In this document: positions 51,560 to 64,000 of the stretch, piece after piece
How the letters are laid out: each line of letters opens with the position of its first letter
Position numbering within the stretch: position 1 is the stretch's first letter
Assembly (NCBI GenBank): GCA_964016885.1
Contig: OZ024742.1
Coordinates: forward strand, 181,226,001 to 181,290,000
Origin: Eledone cirrhosa
Taxonomy: Eukaryota
Direction of reading: 5' to 3'
Length of the DNA: 64,000 nt
Notes under the pieces: model-generated
Seen by the model: only the letters and a program-made list of their open reading frames with translations
The model's database searches: none
What the model was told of the DNA's origin: nothing
Program-made: the position numbers and the translations under genes

Positions 51560-53350
51560 ACCTTTTTCTTCCCTCCTACAATAATTTTGTCACTCTCTCT
51601 CAAAATATTACCCCTCTCTCACTAAAACATACCTTTCTTACCCTCTTAACATACCGGTACATGCCTCACTCTCTCTCCCTAGACTAACTAACATTCTCCC
51701 TCTATCACTAAACCACCAAATGTTCCCCCTCTCTCTATATGCCACTACCTACCTGACTATACCGTTCTCACAATTCCCCTCTCTCACTAAACCACCAAAT
51801 TTTCTCCCTCTCTCTATATGCCACTACCGACCTGACTATACCGTTCTCACAATTCCCCTCTATCACTAAACCACCAAATTCTTTGCCATCCTTTATTTCC
51901 TTACAATTACCCTTCTCACGCTAGATGACCAAATTTACTCCCGTCTCTATCTACCAGTACATACCTCACTCTCGTAATTCCCACTCTCTCACTGGCCCAT
52001 TAAACTCTCTCCCCGTCACTATATACCACTATATGCTTCACTCTCTATCGCTTTCACAATAACTCCTCTCTCACTATACCGCCAAACCGTCTGCCCTTCT
52101 CTATATCCAACTACATACCTCACGCTCTTTTACTCTCTTAATTCCCCCTCTCTCTCAAAACAGTCTCTCCTGCTCTCTATATCCCACTACATACCTCACT
52201 CTCTCTCTCTCTCTCTCTCACAATTACCACTCTCTCTCTATAACACCAAATTCTCTCTCCCTCTCTATATTCCACTACATGACTCACTTTCTTCCACGCA
52301 CTTAATCCCCCCCTCCTCTCTAAACCAACACATTCTCTGCTGCTCTCTGTATAGCTCTACATACATCACTCAATCTCACAATTCCCCCTCTCTCACTTGA
52401 CCACCAAATTACGTACATCAGTCTCTTTTACTCTCTTAATTACCCCCCTTATTAAACAAACAATTACTCTCCCACTCTCTATATCCCACTACATACCTCA
52501 CTCTCTCTCTCACAATTCCCCCTTTCTCACTAGAACACCAAATTCTCTACCCCTCTCTATATTCCACTATATACCTCACTCTCTCATAATTGCCCCTCTC
52601 TCAGAGCACTCTCACAATTCCCCCTCTCTCACTAGACAACCAAATTCTCTCCCCTCTATCTATTCCACTACATGGCTCATTCTCTCACAGTTTCTTAATT
52701 TCCCCTCTCATTAAACCAACAAACTCTCTCCCTCTCTCTATCCTACTACATATCTCACTCTCTATCACAATTAACCCTCTCTAGACAACCAAATTCTCTC
52801 TCCCTCTCTATATTCCAATACATAACTCATCTTCTCTCACACTCACAATATCCTCTCTCTCTCTCTCTCGCTAAACCAACAAATTCTCTCCCGCGCTCTC
52901 TATGCTATTACATATGTCACTCTCGCTCACAAGTTCCCCCTCTCACATGACCACCAAATTCTCTCCCACCTCTTTATATATCACTACATACCTGACTCTC
53001 TCTCTCTCACAATACCTCCTCTCTCACTAGGACAATAAACTCTCTCCCCCTCTCTTACTAGGCCAATAAACTCTCTCCCCCTCTCTATAACCCACTACAC
53101 TCTCACAATTCCCCCTCTTACTAGATCACCAAATTCTACCCCCTCTTTGTATTCCACTACAATACTCTATTTCACTCTCTTAACTCCCTCTCTCTCACTA
53201 ACTCAACAAATATTCTCCCGCTCTCTATATCCCACTACATACCTCTCTCTCATTTACAATTCCCCCTCTTTCAATAGACTACATTATTCTCTTCCCCTCT
53301 CTAAATTCCACTACATACTTGTCTCTCTAAGTCACAATTCCCGCTCTCTA
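51560..53350. repeat. Degenerate pyrimidine-rich minisatellite, unit about 70-75 bp; resumes at 56310-56402
   Basis: Recurrent ctctctatatcccactacatacctcactctct...cacaattccccctctctcacta..ccaaattctctc. Confidence 0.85.
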
Positions 53351-56310
53351 GTGGTCAACCTTGATAGAACTCATAGACAGGGACCCGGTTACTGGAAGCT
53401 AAACTTGTCTTTACCGACAAACAAAGCTTACAGTAAGCGGATTAGCACACTAGTTAAGCAGCGTTTGACGGGGGCAATTGTCAACAGCAGGTGGTGGGGC
53501 TCTCTCAAGAGAGAAATTAGAATAGAATCGATAGGTTTTAGTCGGGAATTAGCATCAGATAGGAATAGAACTGAAAGGGAATTAACAAATAGAGTAGAAG
53601 AGGCGATTAGGAGTGGCAACGTGGCCGGCGTGCTGGCGTCAAGAACGGCCCTAGACCAGTTCTTTGATGCGAAGCACGAGGGCTGCGTTGTCAGGAGTAA
53701 AATACGTGCTCTGGGTAACGAGGGAGCCAAAGCTGTTAGCTGGGCCCGAGTGACAGAGGCAAAAAGTGGAAACAAGTCCACGATTCGGTCTTTGAAGGAC
53801 CAGGATGGACGCGTGATCCTTGAACCTGAGCGGATGAGCGCGGCCTTTCAACGGCGCTTTGCACAACTGTTCGGGAGGGGCGGCGGGCCGGGTGGGGCCA
53901 TGGATTTCGGTCCATACCTGGACGGTCTGGCGCGGCTCTCGGACGGGGAGGCGAAGTCCTGCGAGAGGCCGATCTCAGCCGCTGAAATAGGGAATGCGCT
54001 GAGCCAATGCGGCAAACGCAAATCTCCGGGTCTCGATGGTCTACCATACGAACTTTATGTAGCGATGCCGGGCTTGTTCTCCGGTCTCCTGGCAACAGAA
54101 CCTGAGAATTCCCAGTTCTGTGACCAAGGGCGTAGTCACGCTGGTGAGGAAGGACGAGAACAAGGGGGATGACATAGATAACTTCAGGCCCATAACTCTG
54201 CTAAACACAGAGTTAAAGATTTTGGCCAAGGTGTTAGCGAAGAGGTTGGCGCTTGTCGTCGGGAACCTGGTGGGAGAAGCGCAGACATGCGCAATCCCGT
54301 CCAGGTCCAAACACGACAACCTCCACCTCATGCGATACATCGTAGAGAGGGTAGGGAACGAACCCGGCTTTGGTGGGGCCCTGATCAACTTGGATCAATC
54401 TAAAGCGTTCGATAGGGTTGACCATCGGTACCTGGATGCGGTGCTCGCGGCGGCAGGCTTCGGACCCGTTTTCAGGGGCTGGATTGCTGCAATACACAGT
54501 AGCAACACCTGCAAGAGGGTCAAGGTGAACGGCTACCTCTCGGAGCCGTTCCAAATCACGCGATCCATTCGACAGGGATGCCCTCTCTCCTCCCTCCTGT
54601 ATGTGCTGGCTCTCGAGCCACTACTGAGGAAGCTGGAGCTGTTGCAGGGCATCCCCTTGGAACCGGGATTGCGGAAAGCGGTGTCGGCCTACGCCGATGA
54701 CGTGACAGTAATGGTGTCGTGCGCCTCGGAAATCGGGCAGATCGGCACCTTACTGGAGGAATATGAAAGGTTCACAGGAGCCAAGCTGAACCGGGACAAG
54801 TCCGTCGGTTTGCAACTCGGGACGTGGAGGGGCAAAACGATGCCCTCCGACGGCATCGTCGGACGCTGGGCGGAGGGACCGGTGAAGCTGCTCGGGGTCT
54901 GGTTCGGACCGGACCTCCAGGTGGAGAAAAACTGGGACGAGGTAACGGGCAAGGTGTTTGCACTCGCCCAGAAGTGGGCCGAGTGCAAACTATCCCTGAA
55001 AGGTCGAGCGGAGGTGGCGAACGCTTATATAGCGTCCGTCATCTACTACTGCTTGACCGTCGTGCCCTGCCCAGAGAAAATACTCGCCAAAATGGAGCGC
55101 GCGCTCTTCCGATTTCTTTGGAAGAAGCGGGCTCCTTTGGTGAGAAGATCCATCTGCTGTCAACACCCTTCGAACGGAGGGCTGGGGATGCCGTGGCTGA
55201 CGATGCGTAGACACGCATTAAGGCTACGGCACCTCCAGGTATTCCTCACCGGTCAGCCGGTGTGGGCCCTGTTTGTGAGGCGAGCCTTTCCGAGACTCGT
55301 CTCACTCACCGAGCTGCAATCCTGGGTCAAGCAAAGACCGAGAAAAATGGGCGACTGGCACATTGAATGTGCCCAGGCGCTCACGGCCCTCTGGCAAGCG
55401 GATCCGGCAATCAGTGGAGACTCAACCTCAACATTCTATAGAGGATTGGTGCGCAGTAAGTGCGACGACGCTCTCGGACAGGCTCTGGGCATGGAGGAAG
55501 ATGAGCTGGCCAGTCTGTTCGGTAGGATGTTTGGCCCGGGACCGATGGACAACTTCCAAAAGTCCCTGGCTTGGCAATGTTACCGAGGAGCTCTACCCGT
55601 TCGGGACAAGCTCTACAGACACGGGCGCCCGGGTAGGGACCCCTCGAAGAAGATCTGTCCAAGATGCGTGCGTGACGAGGAAACCGTCGCACACGCATTC
55701 GTACACTGCCCGGGCGTTGCTGACCTGTGGGGCTATGTAGAACGACTACTGTCGCGGGTGGGACCAATCCGGTTGACCACCGAGAACATTGTCACAATCA
55801 AACCGCCTCCCCCTTTCAAAAACGAAGGAGAGGCGGTTTTCCTCTGTGTGATAGCCATGGCGAAAGAAGTTGTATGGTGGACAAGGTTGAAAGGGCTGAG
55901 GTCAGACACCTATCTCTCCGGCCAACAACTGGTCTTTTTTTTCAAGTACCACTTTAGAAGAAGGATCAGAATGGAGAGAGGGGTGCTCTACCCCAGCAAG
56001 TTTTATGAAAGATGGGTGAAAGTAGCGAGAATGGCCCGAGTGAATGGGCCTTCTCTCTATATCAGCCTGTAGGTGAGAGAGGAGAAGAATGAGGAGAGGA
56101 AGGAAGCACCCGCTCTTTGTGCTCCTGAAGAGGAGGGTTGCACATTTTTTCGGGGGGTGTGTGCGACCCATGTCAACGCCCCTCCCTATTGAGGACATCG
56201 ATTGTTAAATTTAGTTGTTATATGTTTTTTACACGTCTTTTTAAATATATGTAAACTCCCCCCTTTGTATTTGTTCCAATCTTTGATGCCCTGGTGGCAA
56301 ATAAATAGAA
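53350..56310 (+). mobile_element. Tx1/L1-clade LINE ORF2, 5'-truncated, GC-rich
   Basis: GPGYWKLN, KSPGLDGLPYE, NFRPITLLN, DQSKAFDRV, RQGCPLS, YADD, C-terminal CPRC..ETVAHAFVHC; AATAAA near 56300. Confidence 0.93.
54120..56072 (+). CDS. Tx1-like reverse transcriptase plus zinc-finger region, 650-aa open frame
   Basis: RT motifs intact; separated from the upstream part by a frameshifting lesion near 54100. Confidence 0.8.
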   Translation: MTKGVVTLVRKDENKGDDIDNFRPITLLNTELKILAKVLAKRLALVVGNLVGEAQTCAIPSRSKHDNLHLMRYIVERVGNEPGFGGALINLDQSKAFDRVDHRYLDAVLAAAGFGPVFRGWIAAIHSSNTCKRVKVNGYLSEPFQITRSIRQGCPLSSLLYVLALEPLLRKLELLQGIPLEPGLRKAVSAYADDVTVMVSCASEIGQIGTLLEEYERFTGAKLNRDKSVGLQLGTWRGKTMPSDGIVGRWAEGPVKLLGVWFGPDLQVEKNWDEVTGKVFALAQKWAECKLSLKGRAEVANAYIASVIYYCLTVVPCPEKILAKMERALFRFLWKKRAPLVRRSICCQHPSNGGLGMPWLTMRRHALRLRHLQVFLTGQPVWALFVRRAFPRLVSLTELQSWVKQRPRKMGDWHIECAQALTALWQADPAISGDSTSTFYRGLVRSKCDDALGQALGMEEDELASLFGRMFGPGPMDNFQKSLAWQCYRGALPVRDKLYRHGRPGRDPSKKICPRCVRDEETVAHAFVHCPGVADLWGYVERLLSRVGPIRLTTENIVTIKPPPPFKNEGEAVFLCVIAMAKEVVWWTRLKGLRSDTYLSGQQLVFFFKYHFRRRIRMERGVLYPSKFYERWVKVARMARVNGPSLYISL

Positions 56311-56658
56311 ATATATATCCTACTATATACTTCACTCTCTCTCACAATTCCCCCTCTCACTAGATCACCCAATTGTCTCTCCCTTTCTATATCCTACTAC
56401 AATATTTTTTACCTTGAAACAACAAATGTTTTCATCTTCTGTAAAGAACAAAGTTCATCATCCTGTCACCCACCTTTTCAACCTCTGGTCTGTGGGGAAG
56501 ATCTGTCTTTTTTTGGTGGTGTGCTTTTGTTTAATTATTTGACAGGAGTTTAAAATAAGTGGTGGAGGATGCTGGTGATGATGTGGTTGTGTTGGTAGTA
56601 TTGTGGTGGTGGTAGTGTAGTTTTGGGGGTGTTTAGTTCAATTTCAATATATCTATCT

Positions 56659-57565
56659 ATCATCATCATCATCACCGTTTTACGTCCGTTCTTCCACGCT
56701 AGCATGGGTTAGACGGGTTGTCCTGTTGTGTGCAGTGTCTGGTCGGCTGACCATGCCTTGCTCATACAGGAACTGATCTGGCTTGATTTCTACAGCTGGA
56801 TGCCCTTCCTAACACCAACCTCATTTACAGTGAGTGCTGGGTGCTTTTTCGTGGCGCCTACACGTCCACTTTACAGTGTGGGCTGGGTGCTTTTTTGCCG
56901 TGGCACCTCCACGACCACCTTGCGGTGGGGGGGGGGGCATATTGTTTATATGCTTCAGCATGTACCCATGGGAGGTCGGGTACTCTGTATTACTGCGTGA
57001 CGCCAGAAGTCACGGTCGTGTGTCATTGTCTTTGAGAGGTGTAATTGGGTAAGGTCGGCTTTTATCACCTCATCCCAGGTCATCTTGGGTCTCCCCACTC
57101 CGCGGTTTCCATCAACTTCTAGTGCTCTGCACCTTTTTATGCAGCTGTCATCCTTCATACGCATCACATGTCCATACCAGCGCAACCGCCTCTCCTGCAC
57201 ACAGCATTTGATTCCTCTTATGCTCAGTCTCTCTCTCAATTCATTTATGCTTTGTCGTTCACGTATATTACTGTTACACATCCATCGGAGTATGCAGGCT
57301 TCGTTTCTCTCTAATCTACGTAAGTCTTCCACCTTCAGCGCCCAGGTCTCGCTACCATGCAACATCGCTGTTCGGATACACGCATCATACAGTCTGCCTT
57401 TCATTCTGAGGGAGAAGCCTTTTGCAGCTAGCAGTGGTAGTAGTTCCCTAAACTTCTTCCATCCCGTTCTTACCCTAGTTATTGTACTTTCTGAACACCC
57501 ACCTCCGTTGCTAATTCGGTCACCTATGTAGCAGAAGCTGTCTACTGTTCCTACAGGGCCCTCCC
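56659..57565 (-). mobile_element. RTE LINE 3' fragment, partner of SINE A
   Basis: KGRLYDACIRTAMLHGSETW...RRLRWYGHVMRM...GRPKMTW; 3' UTR matches the SINE A tail. Confidence 0.9.
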
Positions 57566-57762
57566 TCTATATACTACTAAAGCTCTGTGATTGTGTGCTT
57601 TTCTGTAATTTAATACAGCCAAAACAGCGTAGAAAGGAAAAATACTTTGAAAGGAAGTTGCCCCTCAAATGGGAATACAAATGGAATAAAACAAGTTTGG
57701 CATAAATCGGAGCACGGGCTCTTGAGATACGGGTCTTTCCAGGTCCTTTCGTAAATATATAT

Positions 57763-58107
57763 GGAGGCACATGGCTTAGTGGTTAGAGCATTGGCCTTGC
57801 AATCGAAAGGTTGTGAGTTCAATTCTCAGACCGGGTGATGTGTTGTTTCCTTGAGCAAGACACTTTATTTCACATTGCTCCAGTTTACTCAGCTGTAGAA
57901 ATGAGATGATAGGGACTGGGGTCCCTATCATTCCACTGCAAAGTGGTCGTGGAGGTGCCACGGCGAAAAAGCATCCAGCACTCACTGTAAATGAGGTTGG
58001 TGTTAGGAAGGGCATCCAGCTGTAGAAATCAAGCCAGAATCAGTTCCCGTCCCACCCTTGCAAGCAGGGAAAAAGCGGACGTAAAATGAAATGATGATGA
58101 TGATGAT
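57763..58107 (+). mobile_element. SINE family A
   Basis: A and B boxes, (GAT)n tail. Confidence 0.9.
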
Positions 58108-58110
58108 ATC

Positions 58111-58192
<82 letters not shown>

Positions 58193-58376
58193 TGGTGGTG
58201 TTGTTGTTGTTGTTGAATGAAATTATAACAGGTGACTTCAAAGAATCAAATACACCATTACTGTATCTAGCTAAAATTTGGTGACGGAATATTAAGTCAT
58301 ATGTATCATATAACCTGTGTTAGGACAGGATGTGTATAGTGAATATTTCCTGCTAGATAAGAAGGATTTCTAAGTT

Positions 58377-58434
<58 letters not shown>

Positions 58435-58684
58435 TGTGTGTCTGTGACAGGTGTATGTAGGTCACATAACCCCCCCCCCCCCCCACACACACACACACAC
58501 ACACAGCGACCTTCCTCAGTTTCCAGTATTCAAATTTCATCCACATAGAATCTATTAGCCCAAAGATTTAGAAAACACTTACCCAAGGTGTCACAGTGTA
58601 ACTGAGCCTGACACCATTACCCCACAACAATGTCTGTGCCTATATTGTAAACTATTGACATAAGCAGATGAAAACTATTTTTAA

Positions 58685-58899
58685 TCCTTTACCATTTAAA
58701 CCGGCTGTATCCGGCCAGCATTCTATCACCACTTTCTGTTCAAAATGGCCGTAACTGGCCACTCATACTTACGTTAAGGTATTGTGCTTAAAATAAACAT
58801 CAAAATCTTGTAGATTCGATATTATGTGAGATAATTGTGTGGTAAAGTCTTTACCATAAAATACAATAGTAATTATAGAGTAATGTAAATGCTAAAGGG
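58685..58899. mobile_element. piggyBac-like MITE, decayed
   Basis: ttaa-tcctttaccattta ... taaatgctaaaggg-t. Confidence 0.5.
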
Positions 58900-59162
58900 T
58901 ATTATCTTCATCTCTCTCTCATTCTTTCTCTGCCCCTCTCCTTTCTCTTACCGTGATTTACATTTGTAATGGAGAAGAATGACCTTTAGTAGCTAAACAC
59001 AGCTTTCCCCACATTGATTCATTTTTAAATCTCATTTATGGAAATTGGAATCTTCTTCCCTCACACACAGACAGGCAGGCAGAGAATTTTTAGTTTGTTT
59101 CAAATATTTCCATATATAGACAACGTCATAAAAGTTAAAAAATAAAAAATATATATATATAT

Positions 59163-59572
59163 GAAGGCACATGGCTTAGTGGTTAGAGCATTGGCCTTGC
59201 AATCGAAAGGTTGTGAGTTCAATTCTCAGACCGGGTAATGTGTTGTTTCCTTGAGCAAGACACTTTATTTCACATTGCTCCAGTTTACTCAGCTGTAGAA
59301 ATGAGATGATAGGAACTGGGGTCCATATCATTCCACTGTAGAGTGGTCGTGGAGGTGCCACGGCAAAAAAGCACCCAGACCCAGCCCACACTGTAAAGTG
59401 GACGTGTAGGCGCCACGGAAAACAAGCACCCAGCACTCACTGTAAATGAGGTTGGAGGTTGGTGTTAGGAAGGGCATCCAGCTGTAGAAATCAAGCCAGA
59501 ATCAGTTCCCGTCCCACCCTTGCAAGCAGAGCAGGGAAAAGCGGACATAAAATGAAATGATGATGATGATGA
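59163..59572 (+). mobile_element. SINE family A
   Basis: Near-identical to the 57763 copy with an extra internal repeat. Confidence 0.9.
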
Positions 59573-59596
59573 TATATATATATATATATATATATA

Positions 59597-59846
59597 TTAG
59601 GGTGGCCCTTAGCAATAGGTAATTTTCCGAAAGTTAATATTTTGTTGCTCTCACACTTTAATCCTGTTCCAATGAACACAGGATGTGCAATCAGCTCAAT
59701 CAGACAACTGTTAGGTGACCCTCAAATGACTCAAAGTTGGAACATTGTATACGCAACGATTAACTCTGTTAAAAAGCGGTATACTGTTCTCTATCTCAAC
59801 CATTGTCTTTTTTCTTCTTTTAGAAAGTTGAAAAATAAGGGCCACC

Positions 59847-59850
<4 letters not shown>
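59597..59850. mobile_element. MITE with 15-bp TIRs in (TA)n
   Basis: TTAGGGTGGCCCTTA / TAAGGGCCACCCTAA. Confidence 0.8.
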
Positions 59851-59885
<35 letters not shown>

Positions 59886-60964
59886 CCCAAAATATACCAT
59901 CAAACTCATGATAATCATTTGATAACTAGAAGAACTCAATAATTTTTTGTATTTTAAATTATTTATATAAATAGAGGAAAACACCTGAATAGTTTCATGT
60001 AATACATGAAAGGTAAAGATAACCTTGGTGGGATTTGAACTCAGAAAAATTAAACAGATTTATCAATAAATGTAATACTTCAGATTGGTTTTTATTAACA
60101 TTTACCTGAACCGATTGACAATTCCATTATAAGCCATGGTGCCTGAAAAGAGTGTATTTTACCTTGGATATATTTTTGAGACCATATTGTTAACACTATC
60201 CTGTTATATGATCAAAGTTATACTGAGATTGCAGCATGTGTTAGGATGTTCTAAACTAATTTTACGTCTTCCTTGTACAATGTGAACTATCTTTGTGTAT
60301 GTTGAAGCTTATAGTTAAATATAAAAGTGAAAGATGAAATGTTTGATGTAGCTTTATTGCTCAAGAGATTAGCACTGGCCTAAACATTCCTTATTATATT
60401 TATGAGGTCTGCAAAGCAAAATATAGATTTTCGCAGTTTCTTACAGAGCCGAAGCCTTGTGCATTAATAACAGTTAGCCCTCAATATCATGAAATAGAAA
60501 TGAAATATAGGTGTCTTAGAAATACAATTCATGTCTATATATTCTATTGATGAAACAGTTTTCTCACACAAAACCCCACACAATCAACCCTCATGGTATT
60601 CAACTTGAAAAAGAACAAATTCCTCAAACTTAAACCTCATGATATAATGATAAACATCAATAAAGAACTAACCATGATGGAGAAATTTAATGGACAATTG
60701 TTGTTAAAGTTTAAAAATTCTTTTAGAAACAGAAATGCAAAGCTTTGCTACATAATGTGAAATGTGAAAGTATCTACATCCCCTGAACATAACATCAATA
60801 TTTTAAACAGATTACACAGGATAATAATCATGAAAAACAACAACAACAATACCAACAACCATGATGATGAAAATGTCGACAATGACAATGGTGACAACAA
60901 AGATGACAAACAAATCAATAATAAAAATAACTATCTATCAGTACAGAGAACTATATAGATGACA

Positions 60965-61152
60965 TTATTCACAGAATTGGCAGTATCGATAGAGGGTTGG
61001 ATGCCATTCTTTTTAGCATAGTTACATCCCTTTATGATCTGAGTTCAAATCCTGTCGAGGTTAACTTTGCCTTTCATTCTTAGGGGTTCGATAAAATAAA
61101 GTACCAGTAATGCACTGGTTAATTGCTGGCCTTGTGCCAAAAGTAGAAACAA
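60965..61152 (+). mobile_element. tRNA-derived SINE family B
   Basis: ttggcagtatcg A-box-like motif, gagttcaaatcc B box. Confidence 0.8.
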
Positions 61153-62517
61153 CTATTCACTTTATGCCTATTATTGTGAGATCTATAAAATGGCTAGTAT
61201 AAAATGAGAAAGTGTACCACATCTCTGTACCACAACATTGTTCGACTAAAATATGTGTGAAAAATTATCCCAACGTTCTAATCTAGATAAGAGAATCTAT
61301 CAAGTACTTCGAGCAAACCATCTGTATCCTTACATATACACAAGCAGAAACATTTCATGCAAACAAAATATTTGCACTTTTGCAATATCACATTTGTTAT
61401 ATATTATAGAATATGTTTAAAATAATATAAAAGAAATAAAAAAAAATAACAAACATTGTATATGTATTGTCTTATATAGACATTATTATCAAATATCTGC
61501 TGCTACCAGTCTATATATGACTACTACTACCACTACTACTACTATTATTATTATAACTACTACTACTACTATTACTTGTGCCTATATCTAATATGATGAA
61601 TCAGTTTATTTAAAACATAACTTAGCCAATGATGGAGCCTGTACATAGTCATTCCCCCTGCTAGAAACAGAAGACAAATTTCCCTAAAAACTTTACCTTA
61701 TTGTTTTAAAAAAAGACACATGGGATAATGTAGCGTGGAGTTAACTATTTCTGAAGAAAGTTGGTATGGTCATGACTTGAATATATCTAATGAAAAGTCT
61801 GCTTGGCCAGCGAAAACATAGGGTTAAACAACATTAACAACAAAAACTTCATTAAACATGACATATTTGGTTCCTAAAAAATTCCATAAGAATCCAAGCA
61901 AAACAGAGGATATAGTTTGCTGTAGAGAAGAAATGTTAGCAGACTTAGATATATAGCACAGATATTTTTGCAGTATATTCAAAGGAAATCTCATTCCCGT
62001 CCTATAGCACAATATAAAGAAATCTCTACCCAACATTAACCAAATAGTGAACATATGATAATAAAAAATAAACATTCTCTACACATATTGTAGTATTTGA
62101 ATGTATTTTGCAGCTATTGTAGCCATTGATATCTGAAAGAAAAATGTTTTGCTCTAAGATCGAATATGGACGTATTTCTTTTGCAATTCAATTTTTGCCC
62201 AGCTGATATATCTGTTATCGTACAACCACAAAGCATGTCCTGCATATAACACATTGAATTGTGCTGCACTGAATTCTTAATATCTAAAGGTTTAGCTAAA
62301 GGAAAAACAAATATATATATATATATGGATATATAGTGTATGTAATTTATAGATAGATAAATTGATAGAGAGAAGAGAAATGGAAATAATCATATTTTGG
62401 TTCATAAGCCTTTGACAAAAACATGTGAACATACTAATTTTATCGGAAGTTACTGAGATAAGAGTGGACATGCAAACAAATGAACAGAGCAGCCTATTAT
62501 TGTAGTTCTATGTAAAT

Positions 62518-62708
62518 AATTGTTTCTACTTTTGGCACAAGGCCAGCAATTACCCAGTACATTACTGGTACTTTATTTTATCGACCCCCGTAAGGATGAA
62601 AGGCAAAGTTAGCCTCAACGGGATTTGAACTCAAACCGTAAAGGGACGTAACTATGCTAGAAAGCATGGCATCCGACTCTCTACAGATACTGCCAATTCA
62701 CCGTAAAT
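62518..62708 (-). mobile_element. tRNA-derived SINE family B
   Basis: Reverse complement of 60965-61152. Confidence 0.8.
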
Positions 62709-62921
62709 AATGATGCCAATCATACACACAAAAAACTAGTTTATGGTTTCTATTCTTAAAAAAAATTATTGATGTTATAAACCAGCTGTTCTCTGTGTTT
62801 TACCATTACAAACCATTTTGGTAAATCAATAATCTTTCACAATCCTTTACTTAGTATTGAAAAAAAAAAGACAATTTTCGAAACATTTACTAAAAGTATT
62901 AATCAAATAAATCTCCAAGAT

Positions 62922-63982
62922 ATCATCATCACCATCATCATCATCGTTTAACATCCATTTTCCACGCTAGCATGGGTTAAACGTGTTGTCCTATTGAGGC
63001 AAGTTGGGTCAGGTGAATGTTTCTTGTTCAAACAGAACTGTTTCTGGCTTGGTTGCTACGGCTTTTGTCATGACACCTACATGACCACTTTACAGTGTGG
63101 AATGGAGACAAGGCATGGGGAAAGAGTGGTGTGATCAGATGTGGGTGGGGTGTTAAGGCGTGGGAAATGAATGGAAGGGGGAGGGAGGGTAGTAGTTAAG
63201 ATGGGCATACTAGATGTATGTTCAATCTCTGCTCATTGGAAGTTGGGTCTTCTGCATTGCTGCATAACACCAAAAATCTCAATCCTGTGTCATTGAATTT
63301 GAGAGGTGCAATTGTGCAAGGTCAGTTTTTATCACCTCATCCCAGACCTTCCTGGGTCTTCATACTCCATGACTTCCATGGACATTGACCACCCTGCAAC
63401 TTTTCATACAGCTGTCATCCTTCATATGCATCACATAGCCATACCAACACGATCTCCTCTCTTGCACACTGCATCTGATCTCTCTTTCACCTAATTACTC
63501 TCTTAGTTAATTTATGCTTTGCTGTTCATGTATTAAACATTCATTGGAGCATGCAGGCTTCATTTCTTTTAAATCCTTACAGGTCCTCTGCAGACAGCAC
63601 CAAGATGTCACAACCATGTAACATTGCTGTTCGTACATATGCATCATACAATCTGTACTTCATTTTGAGGGAAGAACTGTTTGTAGCTAGCAGGTGTAGT
63701 AGATGCTTGAACTATCTCCAACCCGTTCTTACTCAGGCTACTGTACTTTCGGAACACCGACAAAAAGCACCCATCCACACTGTAAAGTAGTCGTGTAGGC
63801 TCCACGGTAGAAAAGCACCCAGTACTCACTGCAAATGAGGCATCCAGCTGTAGAAATCAAGCCAAAATCAGTTCCCCTATGAGCAAGACAAGGTCAGCCG
63901 ACTGGACACTGACAACAACAGGACAACCCATCTAACGCATGCTAGTGGGGTTGAACGGACGTAAAACGGTGATGATTATGAT
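62922..63982. mobile_element. Decayed RTE 3' fragment (minus strand, to about 63755) joined to a plus-strand tail fragment
   Basis: Similarity to 56659-57500 and to the SINE A tail. Confidence 0.7.
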
Positions 63983-64000
63983 ATATCGTGTTTCTATTTG

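Noticed and set aside
53428-56198. Overlapping alternative-frame and antisense ORFs in the Tx1 LINE
   Set aside because: Expected from the high GC content; no motifs.
60965-62708. Inverted SINE B pair read as transposon TIRs
   Set aside because: These are two diverged, independent SINE copies with no TSD.

Overview
This is AT-rich animal genomic DNA, full of microsatellites and almost entirely repeat-derived. The SINE families and the (TA)n/(TAA)n/(GAT)n density suggest a cephalopod (Octopus-like); that is an inference. No complete host gene is evident. The window holds decayed Helitrons, two hAT (Charlie/Buster-type) elements with 8-bp TSDs, RTE LINEs with their partner tRNA-SINEs, Penelope-like (RT + GIY-YIG) remnants, three Dong/R4-type elements stacked in (TAA)n, a GC-rich Tx1/L1 LINE, a pogo remnant and several MITEs. 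The main observation is a near-perfect 466-bp tandem array (43552-50086): 11 full units plus about 2.9 units in inverted orientation. Every unit carries a minimal type I hammerhead ribozyme (HHR) with a palindromic stem III, and the HHR strand folds into many hairpins, as in a retrozyme or satellite-ribozyme system. At least seven more short fold-back elements near (TA)n tracts carry whole or partial HHR motifs in the same divergent polarity. One family is physically linked to a GIY-YIG ORF, which points to Penelope-like mobilisation. All coordinates and structures were read by eye; element boundaries are approximate unless a TSD or terminus is quoted.
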